A stretch of 64,000 nucleotides of DNA from Trichinella spiralis (lineage: Eukaryota). The stretch lies in NCBI RefSeq assembly GCF_000181795.1, contig NW_003526945.1, forward strand, positions 4,973,282-5,037,281. The letters run 5' to 3'. Numbering within the stretch: position 1 is the stretch's first letter; each line of letters opens with the position of its first letter. Under the pieces are notes generated by a model that was given only the letters and a program-made list of their open reading frames with translations, had not been told where the DNA came from and ran no database searches. Of this stretch, positions 25,925 to 37,835 are shown one piece after another. The position numbers and the translations under genes are program-made.

Positions 25925-28320
25925 CTAACTTGGATTTGATGATTTGATACAAATTTTACTCTGAAACACCACTGAGAAATAATAAATGCTTCATTTATAT
26001 AACCAAACCACCAGTCTTCAATGATTTCAATGGAGTGGATGAACGCTTTAAAACATTTCATGCTGTTTTTGCAACAATAAAAAGAAGATTTGACAAAACA
26101 AACGTTCAATTTCGGTAACTTTATATATATACTTTTTTCAAAAGATTATTTAAAATTTACTTTATTTAAAAGTATTGAAATTTATGCAAAAATGAAAGGA
26201 TTTCAATGTGGATTTTGCCATATTGCACGAAGAAAAAGATCACTTTATTTGATAATTGTTGTTAAACGCTGTTTCTGAAACTTTCAGCAGAGACTGTATT
26301 AATTTGCAAGCTTATTTCACTTTACACAGAAGTGGTAGAAATATGAAGCCTATGAGCCATGTTACTGAATGCTTTAGATTATTACTGTTATTTTCATAAT
26401 CTGCTAACTTTCAGAAAACGAATATTTATCAGAGCCATTGTTGAGCTTAAAATTTGAAACAGTGGATTTATTTCTTTACCAGAAAAATTTTGAAGGAGAA
26501 AATATTTTATTCATCTAAAACTTCATTGACATTTAGAAAGGTTGTATTTCATAATTGATCTATAAAATGCCATTTTTTTGCTTAATGACCTCAGCGCATT
26601 AGTAGAAGACAGATTTATAATAAAAATTTATTGAACCCAGCCACTAGGCATTTATGATAAATTTTTTCTTAGAATATGACAAAGTGATCGATGATGTGCA
26701 AAAAATACTAGAGCAGCATCAACTAGCATGTTGAATGTACGCATTTATATTATATTTATAAGTGTTTTACATGATTAAAGAAGATTATTAATTGCAAAAA
26801 AATTATAAATTAAATTCATTTTTTCATGAAAAGTGGAATAAAATTAATGTTAAAAAGAATGAAATGCATGGAATATTCGTTTCTCCTTTTTTTGAATGAA
26901 TTGTCTAGGGTAAGAGGCAATTTTTTCTGGCTTGCCTAATAAGCAAACGACCCAAAGCATTGGGGTGAATTTTAGTCGAGATGCTGCAATGACACAGGCA
27001 AGCAAATGATATCTCTTGTCCAGCCAGTCGAGCAGAAGGACACAATGGAAAGTTTAAATATATGATGATGAAAAAAGAGGTCTCCAGTTAACGTTCCACA
27101 TGCTCTTGGGAATGGTGGTACCATGCCAAATCAACGTCGCTGCACTAGTCCGTGGAAAATTATATTCTCCTAAACTTTTAAAAGTAATATTTAAAAAAAT
27201 GACTCAAGAAAACATACTGAAGAACAAAAAACTTATAATTAACAGTAAAGAGCTGAATAAACTTTTGTAAATTTAATCAATTTGCATCGATTTGTCTGCT
27301 TTTATGGTGATTTCAAATATTAAGCATAAAAAAGATGAACTCTAAAAAATTTTATTTCTAGAAAACAAATTATATATACATTTTTCAAAATTTGACAGCA
27401 TCAAATTTCATTTCAAATTTCATCTAGATATTTTAGTATACCAGATGAAAATATTTTAGTCTGTCTATAAAGAAATGTTGTTCAATTCAAAAAGTATGCA
27501 AGAATGGACTCCTATTTAGATTTCACATGAACGTTTTGCAACTGAAAATTTTATCCAGTTTTTTCCAGTGTAAAAGCAGATTTTGATGACGTTATTACGT
27601 GCCATGCCAATTTTGAGTTTGATAATTTTGTTTGCTTTTTGGAGAAATAGAAAAAATAATACTTTTGCACAATTGTAACTTGATGAATGAAAGGCTTTTA
27701 GGGCGGTAATCGTAATTGATGACGTCAATTAAAATATAAAAGATGCAATTGCTTTATTGAGAAATGAAGTCGATTTCTTTTTAAAAAATTAAATTTCTAA
27801 AATGAAATCACTTCATCTTTTTAATGCCAAAAATGTTCCAATTCAAATTCGAGATATTTTAAATTCCGTTTTAAAATAAAGATCTCATTTGCGTCATTGA
27901 ATATGGAAGAAAAAGGCAGCCTGTTTAATAAGCAACAACTGTTCAAAATGGATAAACCAATAATTTTTCTTTTCGATCTACATCATCAACTACCAAACTA
28001 AAGCTGATTTTTTAATAAGTGACAGCAATTGTATGCTTCTTTTTTACGCAAAACAAATCAAAAGCTATTCATTTATTATTGCATACTGTCATTCAGAATT
28101 AAATTTTTTAGGTTAAAAAATCAATAAAATATTTGTTAAACATTTTACATACATATTAGACCCTGCATTCCACAAAAGGTATTGTAAATAACATTTCAGA
28201 TGAGATGCAAATGAAATCGTACGAAAGTGCATAAAAACAAATTGCCCTTTAGAATCATCATAAATAAGGTAAGAAGGAATATGCTTGCATATTTAGAGTG
28301 TACTTATCGAGTTTCAAAGT

Positions 28321-29412
28321 TTCAAAAACATTATCGAGATGAAGGGGTGGAATTCATTTTCAAATAGAAAAGTTCAGTTCCACAGTTCGGCTTCATCGCG
28401 GTTAGACTGCGTCGTATAAAGAATGGTCCACCTGAATAAAAACTATGGAAATCATTTTTATCTCAAAATCACCATATCAGTATCAGAGTGCTTGTTCTTT
28501 TGGATGCTGCGGCTAATGGGCACTAAGGTCATGTAACCTCTGCTCATATCATCAATTTTTTTATTAAAACGATTTTTTATTTTTGTATTTACTATCAGCA
28601 TGAACATGTGAATTACTTTATTTTGAAAATTTATAAATTAAATGAAAAACAATAGATATAAATAATTAATTTGCAAGCCGTGGAGCACAACTTGATATGT
28701 TGCTGACTTGTTCAACTTGACCCAGTATCTATTGTCTTCAGGCAAGACTTATACAATTGAAAAGCAAAGTTATATGTGAATGCTTTGAGCTTTTATGTTT
28801 GCTTTTCAGCTTCATTTCAAATAACTGTAGGCTAGCAGTGTGCACTGACTGAACAGTATGGCACTTTTCTTGAAATGCATTCTATGCATCAACAAAATAG
28901 ATTTGTGCTTTCTTTCAGGATTTATTTTATTTTTATTTCTTGAAAATGATTCATCACGATTTTGAACAACAACAACAGAAAGGTACATCTCATCAACAGA
29001 AAGTTGCCTGTTGCTGGAATATCTAAGTTGGAAAGCGGTTTGTTGAAAAAATCCTTTTGATGTTAAACTATTATGGTAATCTATAAAAATGAAATACATG
29101 TGAGACGTTTTAATATTTGCGATTACTGTCCATTATAAAGTTATTGTCTTTAGAATGCCATTGTCGAGATGAAAATGAATTATGTTTTCCACAAAATGTT
29201 AAAAAGATATTTTCAGAAAAATAAGTTTTATTGACAAAATCACATGCAGAGAAGTGGAAACGCACGGCACAGCGGTTGTTAAAGAAAGGCAAACGTCAAC
29301 ACACACACAAAATGTGAACAGCAGAAAACTGAAGTAAGCAAATAGATACGTTTTGAGACCACGGCAATCAAGCAAATTTTAGAGTGTATGGTTGAAATTC
29401 TTTATTTTTATT

Positions 29413-29463
<51 letters not shown>

Positions 29464-30232
29464 TAATGCTCTTAGTTGACTTGTAATCTTTCCATTTTGC
29501 ACATTGACTGTTAAAATGAAAATAAAAATCCAGAATTTTTAATAAATAATTTATTCTTCATTTGATCAGCGTAACTGAATACTTGCCCATTACTAATGCT
29601 TGATAATTGCACAACAATTATTTGTTAATAACGTACGTTTGCATTGATTATTATTGAAAATGATTATCGTTTCGTTTACAAATTATTCAAATTTTCAATG
29701 TAAATACATTTTCATTTGTTTTTCCATCAACTAGGCATTTTATTAATGACATTTATTAGAATTAGAAATTATTCACAACAAAAATTTGATTGATGAAATC
29801 AACATACACACACACACACATATATATATATATAAACAATTATACGTGTAATCAATAAATATTGAAATTATTATAAATTAAAAAAAAAGTTTTTGCAAAT
29901 CATATATCACTATATTGAGTTCATTTATGAAAAGGATTCTTTGATGTTTGAGTACTTTTTCCAGTTCTTCTTTATTGTTATTATAATTTATAAAATATAT
30001 AATTTATCAGATCAAGCAGATTATGATATTAAGTAAAAGTGACAACATTACTATTAATCTATTTCAGGAATCATGTTTTCCTCCATTGCTTTTAATTTCT
30101 CCTCCATATTCTTTTTTGCTTTCATATTTACCTTTACTCATCTTCTTCGTGTAATGTGGCATCACATTAGTTTTGAACTCATTGAATTGGTTTTTATATG
30201 TCTGATATGCTGTATTCAGACTCACAAAGTGT
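28321..30232. repeat. Copy A of a ~1.9 kb inverted duplication (partner 44879-46780)
   Basis: Reverse complement is near-identical to 44879-46780; the same spurious ORFs appear on opposite strands. Differences are a few SNPs and (TA)n/(CA)n lengths. Confidence 0.95.
29416..29459. repeat. (TA)n microsatellite
   Basis: About 22 TA units; shorter in the duplicate copy at about 45653-45685. Confidence 0.95.
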
Positions 30233-31383
30233 TTCTGCCTATTGAAAGAGGCTCGAAGTAATGCAATTCTTCTTAGTAAATAATTCTGTAGATAAATAAT
30301 CTCTCGTATAATTCTTAAATGTTCTTTTGTTTTATTCTCTTCTTGGCGTTCTTCGAAATCCGTATGAGTTTTTTTCATTGTTCTTGCTTTCTTATCACTT
30401 CCACAGTTCTTTTCATTAAAGAATGATTTTTCATCATTCAAGGAGTTTACATCCTTAAATAAATTATTACATTTTGACCACAAATCACTTTCTGCCGACG
30501 ATGACTCCAGCCAGTCATTCATTGGATTGAAAGAATATAAGGTGGCATCCAGGTGTTCCACATTTTGTAACATTTTACAGAACTTGACAAATGATTTAGC
30601 ATCACCTCGGCTTCTGAACATTATTTTGGCCGTCAGTTTTTGTTTCTCAACATATTTGACGGTCACCTTTCTCTTATTCTGCTTAACTGAGATAAGCTGA
30701 CTCCAATTTATGTAAGCTTCGCAGTTGTTATCAATATAAAAGTGGATACCTTTCCTATTCATACCAATGAGAGCGTAATTAATTGATGTAAAAAGTAACT
30801 GATTACTGAAAGTGCTCGCATTTTTCGCATGGGTCAAAAAACACTTCATGGCCTGGATGTTGTTATTGAATGAATGTTCACGAAGCTTCTCATTTATATC
30901 ACTCATCCATTTTTTTCTGCTTACTCTGAATCTTTTTCTAAGCCAATGTATACTTGGAATGTTCCGCCATTCTGACCCTCTGGGCGCTAGGAAATTTTGA
31001 TGGATAGCAATAGCAATCAACTGAATTAAATTTTCATACGATAAAATTATTTTCCCACAAATTAGATTTTCAATAGCCTCAACATATTGGATGGCCACGA
31101 AGGCGTCGTTCAACATCAACGGTTCGTCCAACTCTGCTGAATGATACAATGTTATCATTTTCAAAGTAGGGTCGTTTCGAGTGACTTGCTTTCTCACTGC
31201 AACATTCATTTTCAGTGGTCGACGTTGTTTATCAACCAAGACGAAAATGTCATACTTCGGAAGGTGGAGTTTAGCTAAGGCTGCTGCTAACAACTCCTTG
31301 CCGGTGGTGCTTGACTTGATGGGCATTTCCATTTTCATGAAACCCGAGTAAATTGTCACTTTACAAATTTTCTTTTGGCGCAT
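30064..31383 (-). CDS. Intronless divergent FERM-domain protein of ERM/merlin type
   Basis: 439-aa ORF. FERM F1 (MEMPIKSSTTGKELL..LHL..F.L), F2 (QY.E....I.G.I..S.E..IQL.AIA), F3 (LIGMNRKGIHFY..INWSQL). C-terminal EERQEENKTKEHLR and QTYKNQFNEF weakly resemble the ERM C-terminal domain. Confidence 0.8.
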   Translation of the reverse strand: MRQKKICKVTIYSGFMKMEMPIKSSTTGKELLAAALAKLHLPKYDIFVLVDKQRRPLKMNVAVRKQVTRNDPTLKMITLYHSAELDEPLMLNDAFVAIQYVEAIENLICGKIILSYENLIQLIAIAIHQNFLAPRGSEWRNIPSIHWLRKRFRVSRKKWMSDINEKLREHSFNNNIQAMKCFLTHAKNASTFSNQLLFTSINYALIGMNRKGIHFYIDNNCEAYINWSQLISVKQNKRKVTVKYVEKQKLTAKIMFRSRGDAKSFVKFCKMLQNVEHLDATLYSFNPMNDWLESSSAESDLWSKCNNLFKDVNSLNDEKSFFNEKNCGSDKKARTMKKTHTDFEERQEENKTKEHLRIIREIIYLQNYLLRRIALLRASFNRQKHFVSLNTAYQTYKNQFNEFKTNVMPHYTKKMSKGKYESKKEYGGEIKSNGGKHDS

Positions 31384-31758
31384 AATGTTCGACTGCTACT
31401 GTTCTGATCGCAAAACTAACTAAAACAGTTCAAGTGTTCGCCGCAGTATATGCAACACTTTAAACAATTTTAAACAAAATTTAAAATAAACTTTAAATTA
31501 TTTTACTTTTGCTTTTAATACATAATTCATACTTTTAGGGTTTCATTTTATCATTTTTATATTAAATCAATAAAATTTTAAACATTTCAAATATAATCGT
31601 TATTTTTCAGACCAGCAGCAAGTGGTTCGCAAAATAACAGCTCATCAACATCGATATATTATAAATTTAACTGATAGTCAGTATAAGTGATTTATATTTT
31701 GCAGGAAAATTTCGGCAACATGAAAGTAGTTATTTTGAATCATTTAAAAATATTTGTG

Positions 31759-32344
31759 TGTAGCGGACATGGACCGAGCTAAAGAAATTATTCCTGCAGA
31801 AAATGAAGAGGAGGAAACCTAAAGCTACCGTATGAAGAATTGGACATGAAGATCGGAGGCGGAGTACGGTAATTCTTGTTTACATGCGTACGTGGCAGTT
31901 GGCAAGTTGACAGGAAAGCGTTTTTTCGATATATCTTCGTCGTCGGTCCTTGCTTTTGATTGTTCAATAAAGTATATACTCATTGTTTGTTGTTTGATTG
32001 TCGCAATGCCATCAGGAAAGCGAGAGACAGAAAGGAAGGGAAATACGCTCTTAAATAGCGGCCCGTCGCCAAATAGCGACGGACGCACCAATAATCTGGT
32101 GGAAGAAGCGGACGAGCCTGCTCGAGGGAGCGACCCGTTGCATGTGTATTAAAAAGTTTTCCTTAAAAATATTGGGTATAGTGAGAAAGAGCTTTGCACA
32201 TTTCATGTATCCAAATTATTGTCATATCTATACCTATACTGTCCCGAACGGTGATCTAATCGACCGATCGAATCGCCACTAGAACGACAATACAGTCCAC
32301 CGAACCTGCACATCAGTAGCAATGGAGGCGTTCTGTACGCTACA
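31759..32344. mobile_element. Solo-LTR-like element (586 bp)
   Basis: Begins TGTAGCGGAC and ends GTACGCTACA (9/10 inverted match, TG...CA). GC-richer than the flanks, with an internal ATTAAA. No matching target-site duplication. Confidence 0.45.
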
Positions 32345-32686
32345 GTAACAATGGGTTTGTTTACAATAAAAATGCCCATATAATTGAATGTGATGTTCGA
32401 ATGTTTTGTTTTGATAATGAAATTGAAAATAAATTGCGTGTTAGTGGTAATTTCAAGTAAAAAATATTTTAACTTATTCATGGATACCTATTTTTATATC
32501 ATTAATACCTGAAACTTTTAATAGATACTGTAGATTAGTCTTAACTAGAACTCTTGGAAGAAGAGCATTCACTGCTATGTAATGGGTGTTGTTTAGTAAA
32601 TTAGCTTCTGACAATATTAAGCTTTGGAAATATAATTTCAGAACGTATCATTGGCTGAATTATGAAAAAGGAGCTGATTCAACAAT

Positions 32687-33125
32687 TGTAACGAGTCGCG
32701 CGGTCCACGTCCGCAACACAATGGTAACAGTCCCGGCAAGCTGATGATGCATGTCATATTCTAAAGTCAGCGGATGAAGATCATGTAAGATCGAGCTGAT
32801 CGTGCACCACGATCCCGTAGAACTCGGCTACCGTAGTAGACACATTTGGACCTGTCGATCAGTGGCAGAGTATGGTAGTGGGCAGACACTTGGCAGTGAT
32901 TGGTGGTGTGCAGTTTTGGTGAGCGATCGATCGTGTTGTGATTTTTTGTTGTGGTTGTTAGCAGCACGTTGTGATAAACATTTGAAAAGATTGTTTGGTG
33001 TTCGTTTTATAAATTATTCACACCTTATGTCTTCCTCAAGAAGAGTAGGCGTCCGTAAGGTCAACTCGAACGGTGAACAACAAGGCGTTGTCTGATCTGC
33101 CTGCTGTGACGAAAAGTCCGTTACA
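32687..33125. mobile_element. Solo LTR (439 bp) of a Ty3/Gypsy-type retrotransposon
   Basis: Terminal inverted repeats TGTAACG...CGTTACA with a perfect 4-bp target-site duplication CAAT (32683-32686 and 33126-33129). Confidence 0.75.
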
Positions 33126-34119
33126 CAATATCACATTGGTAGATGATAATCCTATCGACGTTGGATAATTTCTCTCAAAGATTTGTTACTTCACGAGATG
33201 TGAACCGAGCAGAAATGTCAGTTAATTTGGAGAAACTAATGAGAAAGATCTGTTGAAAAAAAGTTGAATCATTTCTATTTCTCTCTGTCCAGCACAATAG
33301 AGTATGCGTGCATTTTATGAATTTGGAAGCATCATGGAATTGCATGATCGACAGAACGTAGAAGACGAGTTGTAATTTTGGTAGCATCCATGAAGTGAAA
33401 TGAAAGTGGGTTCTAAAAAGATAACGTCGTATCCGAATTGGAATAAAGACGACGAAAAAGTTGAAATAACGGTGAAGGCGAAAGGGACATCATAGCTTGC
33501 AGTCTCAAAGCTCATCTGTTTGTTGGAGGTTGTGGTCAAAATTCAGAATGACGTCATGTCAGCACTACTGAAGGGAAAACAATTGATTTTGATCATATCG
33601 TGGCCATACACAAATCGGCGCAGTTATGAACATGAAGCAAGAATTTGAGATATGGAATTATGTTTAATATTTCCTATTCTTTCAACCCGCATTCGCAAAG
33701 TAAGATAATTTTCTATTCTTCCTTGTAAATTTTACGGTGGAAAATTTGCTTATAGCAGTTTAGCTTCAATTTTTGATTTTAGAGATTTATTACTATTGTC
33801 TGCATTTCGTTTATAGATGTACAGTAGGAAGAAATGTGAGGAATCAGTTTGATTTCACCGAAGACGAGATCGAAGTTCATAAATTTTCCTTTCTCAGAAA
33901 AAATTGTATTCCAACATCAATTAACATTAGAGTCGTTTGATGTTGGAGCTTCATGTCTGATTCAATTTTGAAACCTGGAAAGCAACTGAAATCTCATTTA
34001 TCAGCGTTAACAAGTGCTGTTTTATTGGGATAAATGTTGGTAATGTTTTCATTTATTATTTATTTATTCATTCATTTCAGATTTTTATTTTAACACTTGT
34101 TGGTTTTTCATTTTCTAGA

Positions 34120-35045
34120 TCTTTCCATTGTCTATGGCAAGGGAAATCAAACTTCCAGAAGAACTGACTGAAAGAAGCTGGAAACGATATTAATGAGTAG
34201 ACAGCGGGCTGCATCCATCTAAAGTGAACTTTCGAGAACGTTTGCTGTTTCTTCTCTCATCCCGAGTATCAACAGTTGTTATGGTTGGTTATAAGCTTAA
34301 AACGGACGGATAGACCGCTAAAATTATTTCCGACCATGGACTCCACGGTTTCCGTTACTTTACAGCTATTGATGAAATTGATGACAGATAACAAAAATAT
34401 CAGTGCGTTTCATACGTCTGTTATAAATCATCAACAATTGGATTGCATCAGTTTCAGTTTGAATCCGTCCCGAATCTGCCGATTCCGCAAATCCAGCAGA
34501 ATATGGTATAGTTGATAAAAGTCATCATTTATGACGTCGTTATGAACAATGTCAACAACTCACGATTCTAAATTTTCGTTGCTCACACATCCCTCAACCG
34601 ATTGTGGGTGGTATCAGGACTTTCCTCTGCATGCTAAGTCTCTGCATGAGATGAAAAAGAAGTACTGTGCCCAATATGATTGCTCTGCAACGCTGTTACT
34701 ACGGGCGAAGTTGACTGTCTTATCATGATCACGCAAGGTATTACAATACACCCTACGCGGACAGTGCAACTCTTTCTAAGGAGGAATTTTTCCAAGTGAT
34801 GCGGAAGAAAAGATCAAACAATCAAAATTTTCGTTGCTCACATATCCCTCAACCGGGTGTGGTATCAGGACCTTCCTGTGCTTGGTAATTTTTTGCATGG
34901 GATGAAAAAGAAGTATTGTGCCCAATATGATTGCTCTGAAACGCTGCTATTAGGCGCGAAGTTGACTGTCAAGATCAACACAAGCAGTGCAACTCTTTCT
35001 AAGGAGGAATTTTTCCAAGTGAAACGGAAGAAAAGATCAAACAAT
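34120..35045 (+). pseudogene. Degenerate transposase-like remnant (possibly Mutator/MULE) containing a diverged tandem duplication
   Basis: Broken frames (QRAAS, LFPTMDS, KSSRIWYS*) are only faintly MULE-like. Segment 34570-34822 is repeated with indels at 34824-35045. Confidence 0.3.
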
Positions 35046-37449
35046 ATCATACTTTCTGTTGTGGCTAAAAATGGAATTATTGAAAGCATTTTGCGAATCG
35101 AAGCAATTTGGACTAGATCAGTTGAAAATTGCAATCTTCGTCATCGTTATGAAGTTTTACGAATTGGTGATGAAGCACAATATGTGGTATACGTGATGCC
35201 AGTTGTCATCTATGCAAGACATTTGTATTTTAATTTCTGTTGTTGAGATATGTTACTGTTTGATACCACCAGGTCGCCATGATTTGATACCATGACTGGT
35301 ATCAACATTGAATGTTCCACTTTGAAGATTGATGAAATTATTTTATATGCATATTTATTGAATAAATGTATATATATTTTATTTCAATACCATTAAAATC
35401 ACATTTTTGGTTTCACTTTTTCTGGTATATGTCAAGGAAGGCGTAATGTAGAACGGGATAAGTTATGATGGGGATAAGTTTGTAGTAGTTCTCTAAAAAT
35501 TTCATCTGAAACTGCACAGTAGTCGTCTGATTAATGGCCTTTAAAGATCGCACACTGCTAATCGAATGTAATGAATAGCCTTAAACACTAGTTTCTTGCT
35601 TGGTTGAGAGAAGCGTCATGCAAATATTTATTTGCTTGTTCTTTGTTGAATTACTTACTGATTAATTTAGTTGCAATGCTTGATAGTGAATTGTGTTTTC
35701 AATGGCATTTTCACAACTGCCACTGATGACGAATTGCATAAGAAAGAAGTTTCGCGTTTGTTTATTATTGGTTTTTTCTTTCAGTGAATTATTCTACATT
35801 TATGGAAAATCCTGAATAAATAATGGCCCTGAGCGAAGAGATTAGGTAGCTAGTTTAGGGAATATGTTGTTTCCAGTTAGGATGTTACTTAGCTCATAAC
35901 AGTTGTTCTTGAGTGTGTGGTTCACCTAAATGTGAGCTATTCTTTATTGTAATGCTTATTAACCTGTGTGGCTTATTCAATTTAGAGAATATTTTTCCAA
36001 AGTTAAATACGTTATTTCAATAAGTTGAATGGCTTTTCGCCTTTGAACATTTTAATGAACAATACCTTGTTGATTTGTCTGTGAAGAGAAAATGATTGAA
36101 TCATATATGAATGTTTCTTCGATCAAGAATACAAAATTTCGAGTTTCAGCAGTTTGTATGGATGGCACTGCTATATTTTGTGTTTTGGCATAACTGCTTT
36201 TTTGAGAATGGCAGTGCATCGGTAACAGAAATGTAAGAAGGGATTATATAAAAATTTTTTCTTTGTTTGTTTCTGTTTCGTCTTGTTTGCGAAAAATTCG
36301 TTTTTAAAATTTGCATTTCAATTGATTGTTACAGTTTTATATTGTTAAAAGATGGTGTTTTCTAGACTTTCAACAGAAACTATTCAGTTGGTATGAAATA
36401 AATGGGCGCAAATTTGAACTACTGCGTATTTAATACATAGAAAAGTCGCCCATCAGTAACTGTCATGCATCGAATCGTTTAGGAAGCATTTTTGATATCA
36501 AATCTTTTAGAATTCTACTAATTTATCGTTTTTTCTATGATCAATTACATTGCATTCCTGAAATCATTGCTGTTAAACAATCATTATTTGATGCAAATGA
36601 ATACGCAAGCGTTGTAAGTGTTTACTTTGCTAAAAAGCAAACTATTCATGGAATGTGGTCCCCATTAGGATCGTTTCCATGTATTAAGCTTCTGAATGAT
36701 ACCAAGTGTGTGGATATTTGAATTTACTTTCGCTAAGTAACAACAATGCAATGCTAATTTGCATAATGAGTACAATATGTAGTCCCCCAAGGTGAAACTT
36801 CATTGCAAATGCTAGGAAATTAAATAAATTCACAATTCATGTCAAACTATTGGTCTCATGCATGGTAGTTCTTCGAATCTATAGAGATATCCGGGTAAAC
36901 TTATTCCATGGTTGTCAAAATCTCTGCCACATTGTAAAATAATTTCATGATAAGTGCAATCAATTGTACGTCAATTAAAGGTATGTAAATTTTGAATAAC
37001 CCGCAATCGATGATTTTTTGAGAAATTTGATAAGGCTGACGGTTTGAGCATTTGAAATTTATAGAATAAAAAGACTCGCACATTGCACGAAAATAGCTTT
37101 CAAATGTGATAATTTTGGAGAATTCTTATCTCTGAATTGGGATCAATCAAAAAATTCAGTGAACGAAGGTTTTAATTTTGAAAGTTCCTGTTGCATAAAT
37201 GAAAATCAGGAACAATTCATATTAAAATAAATTCTTTTTTTCGGGTGAAAGCATTGTTAGTCCCGTTGTTAAAATTAACGAAACCATTCCATATGCACAT
37301 GGATTTAACTTTTATTTTTCATTATTTTTCATTTTGTTACTGTTATAATCCTATTTTGGTTTCCCTTTTTTGACATATCTCGACAAATACGCAGTCAGGA
37401 GCGTTGGGGATGAATTTATAAAAGTTAGCGAATAATTCTCTACCGACAT

Positions 37450-37835
37450 ATATCAATTTCTATAATTTTTGGAGAAAAAACCTTTTCTCGAAAATTGCAA
37501 AATTTCATGGATTACAGACATGGTTGTTTTTGCGAAAATTGGCGAAAATATTTTTTTTCAAATTTTAGACTTTTTTTTATTGTAATAATTTCATATTGAT
37601 AAAAAAAGTGTTTTATCAATATGAAGTGTTTTCTAGTGTTTCAACTCAAACTTTTCAGTAGTTGTGGAATAAATGGCCTCTAAAATTTGCATAACCCAAC
37701 TTTCATCACTTATTGGTCGAATAACTTAAGGCATTTGATTAGTCACTCGGTTTTGATCACTGATTGGACAATTTTTTCTATCAAAGTTTTCCCAAATATA
37801 GGGGTGCTTCACCATTAAATCCCCTTATATGGACA
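37450..37835. mobile_element. Fragment of a non-autonomous TIR element (internal part plus right TIR ending CCTTATATGGACA)
   Basis: 37691-37835 is the diverged reverse complement of 40047-40190. 37460-37605 is a diverged direct repeat of 40441-40580. Confidence 0.6.

Noticed and set aside
28812..29292. 95-aa and 60-aa ORFs that recur at 45809-46289
   Set aside because: They recur only because of the inverted duplication; composition is that of AT-rich non-coding DNA.
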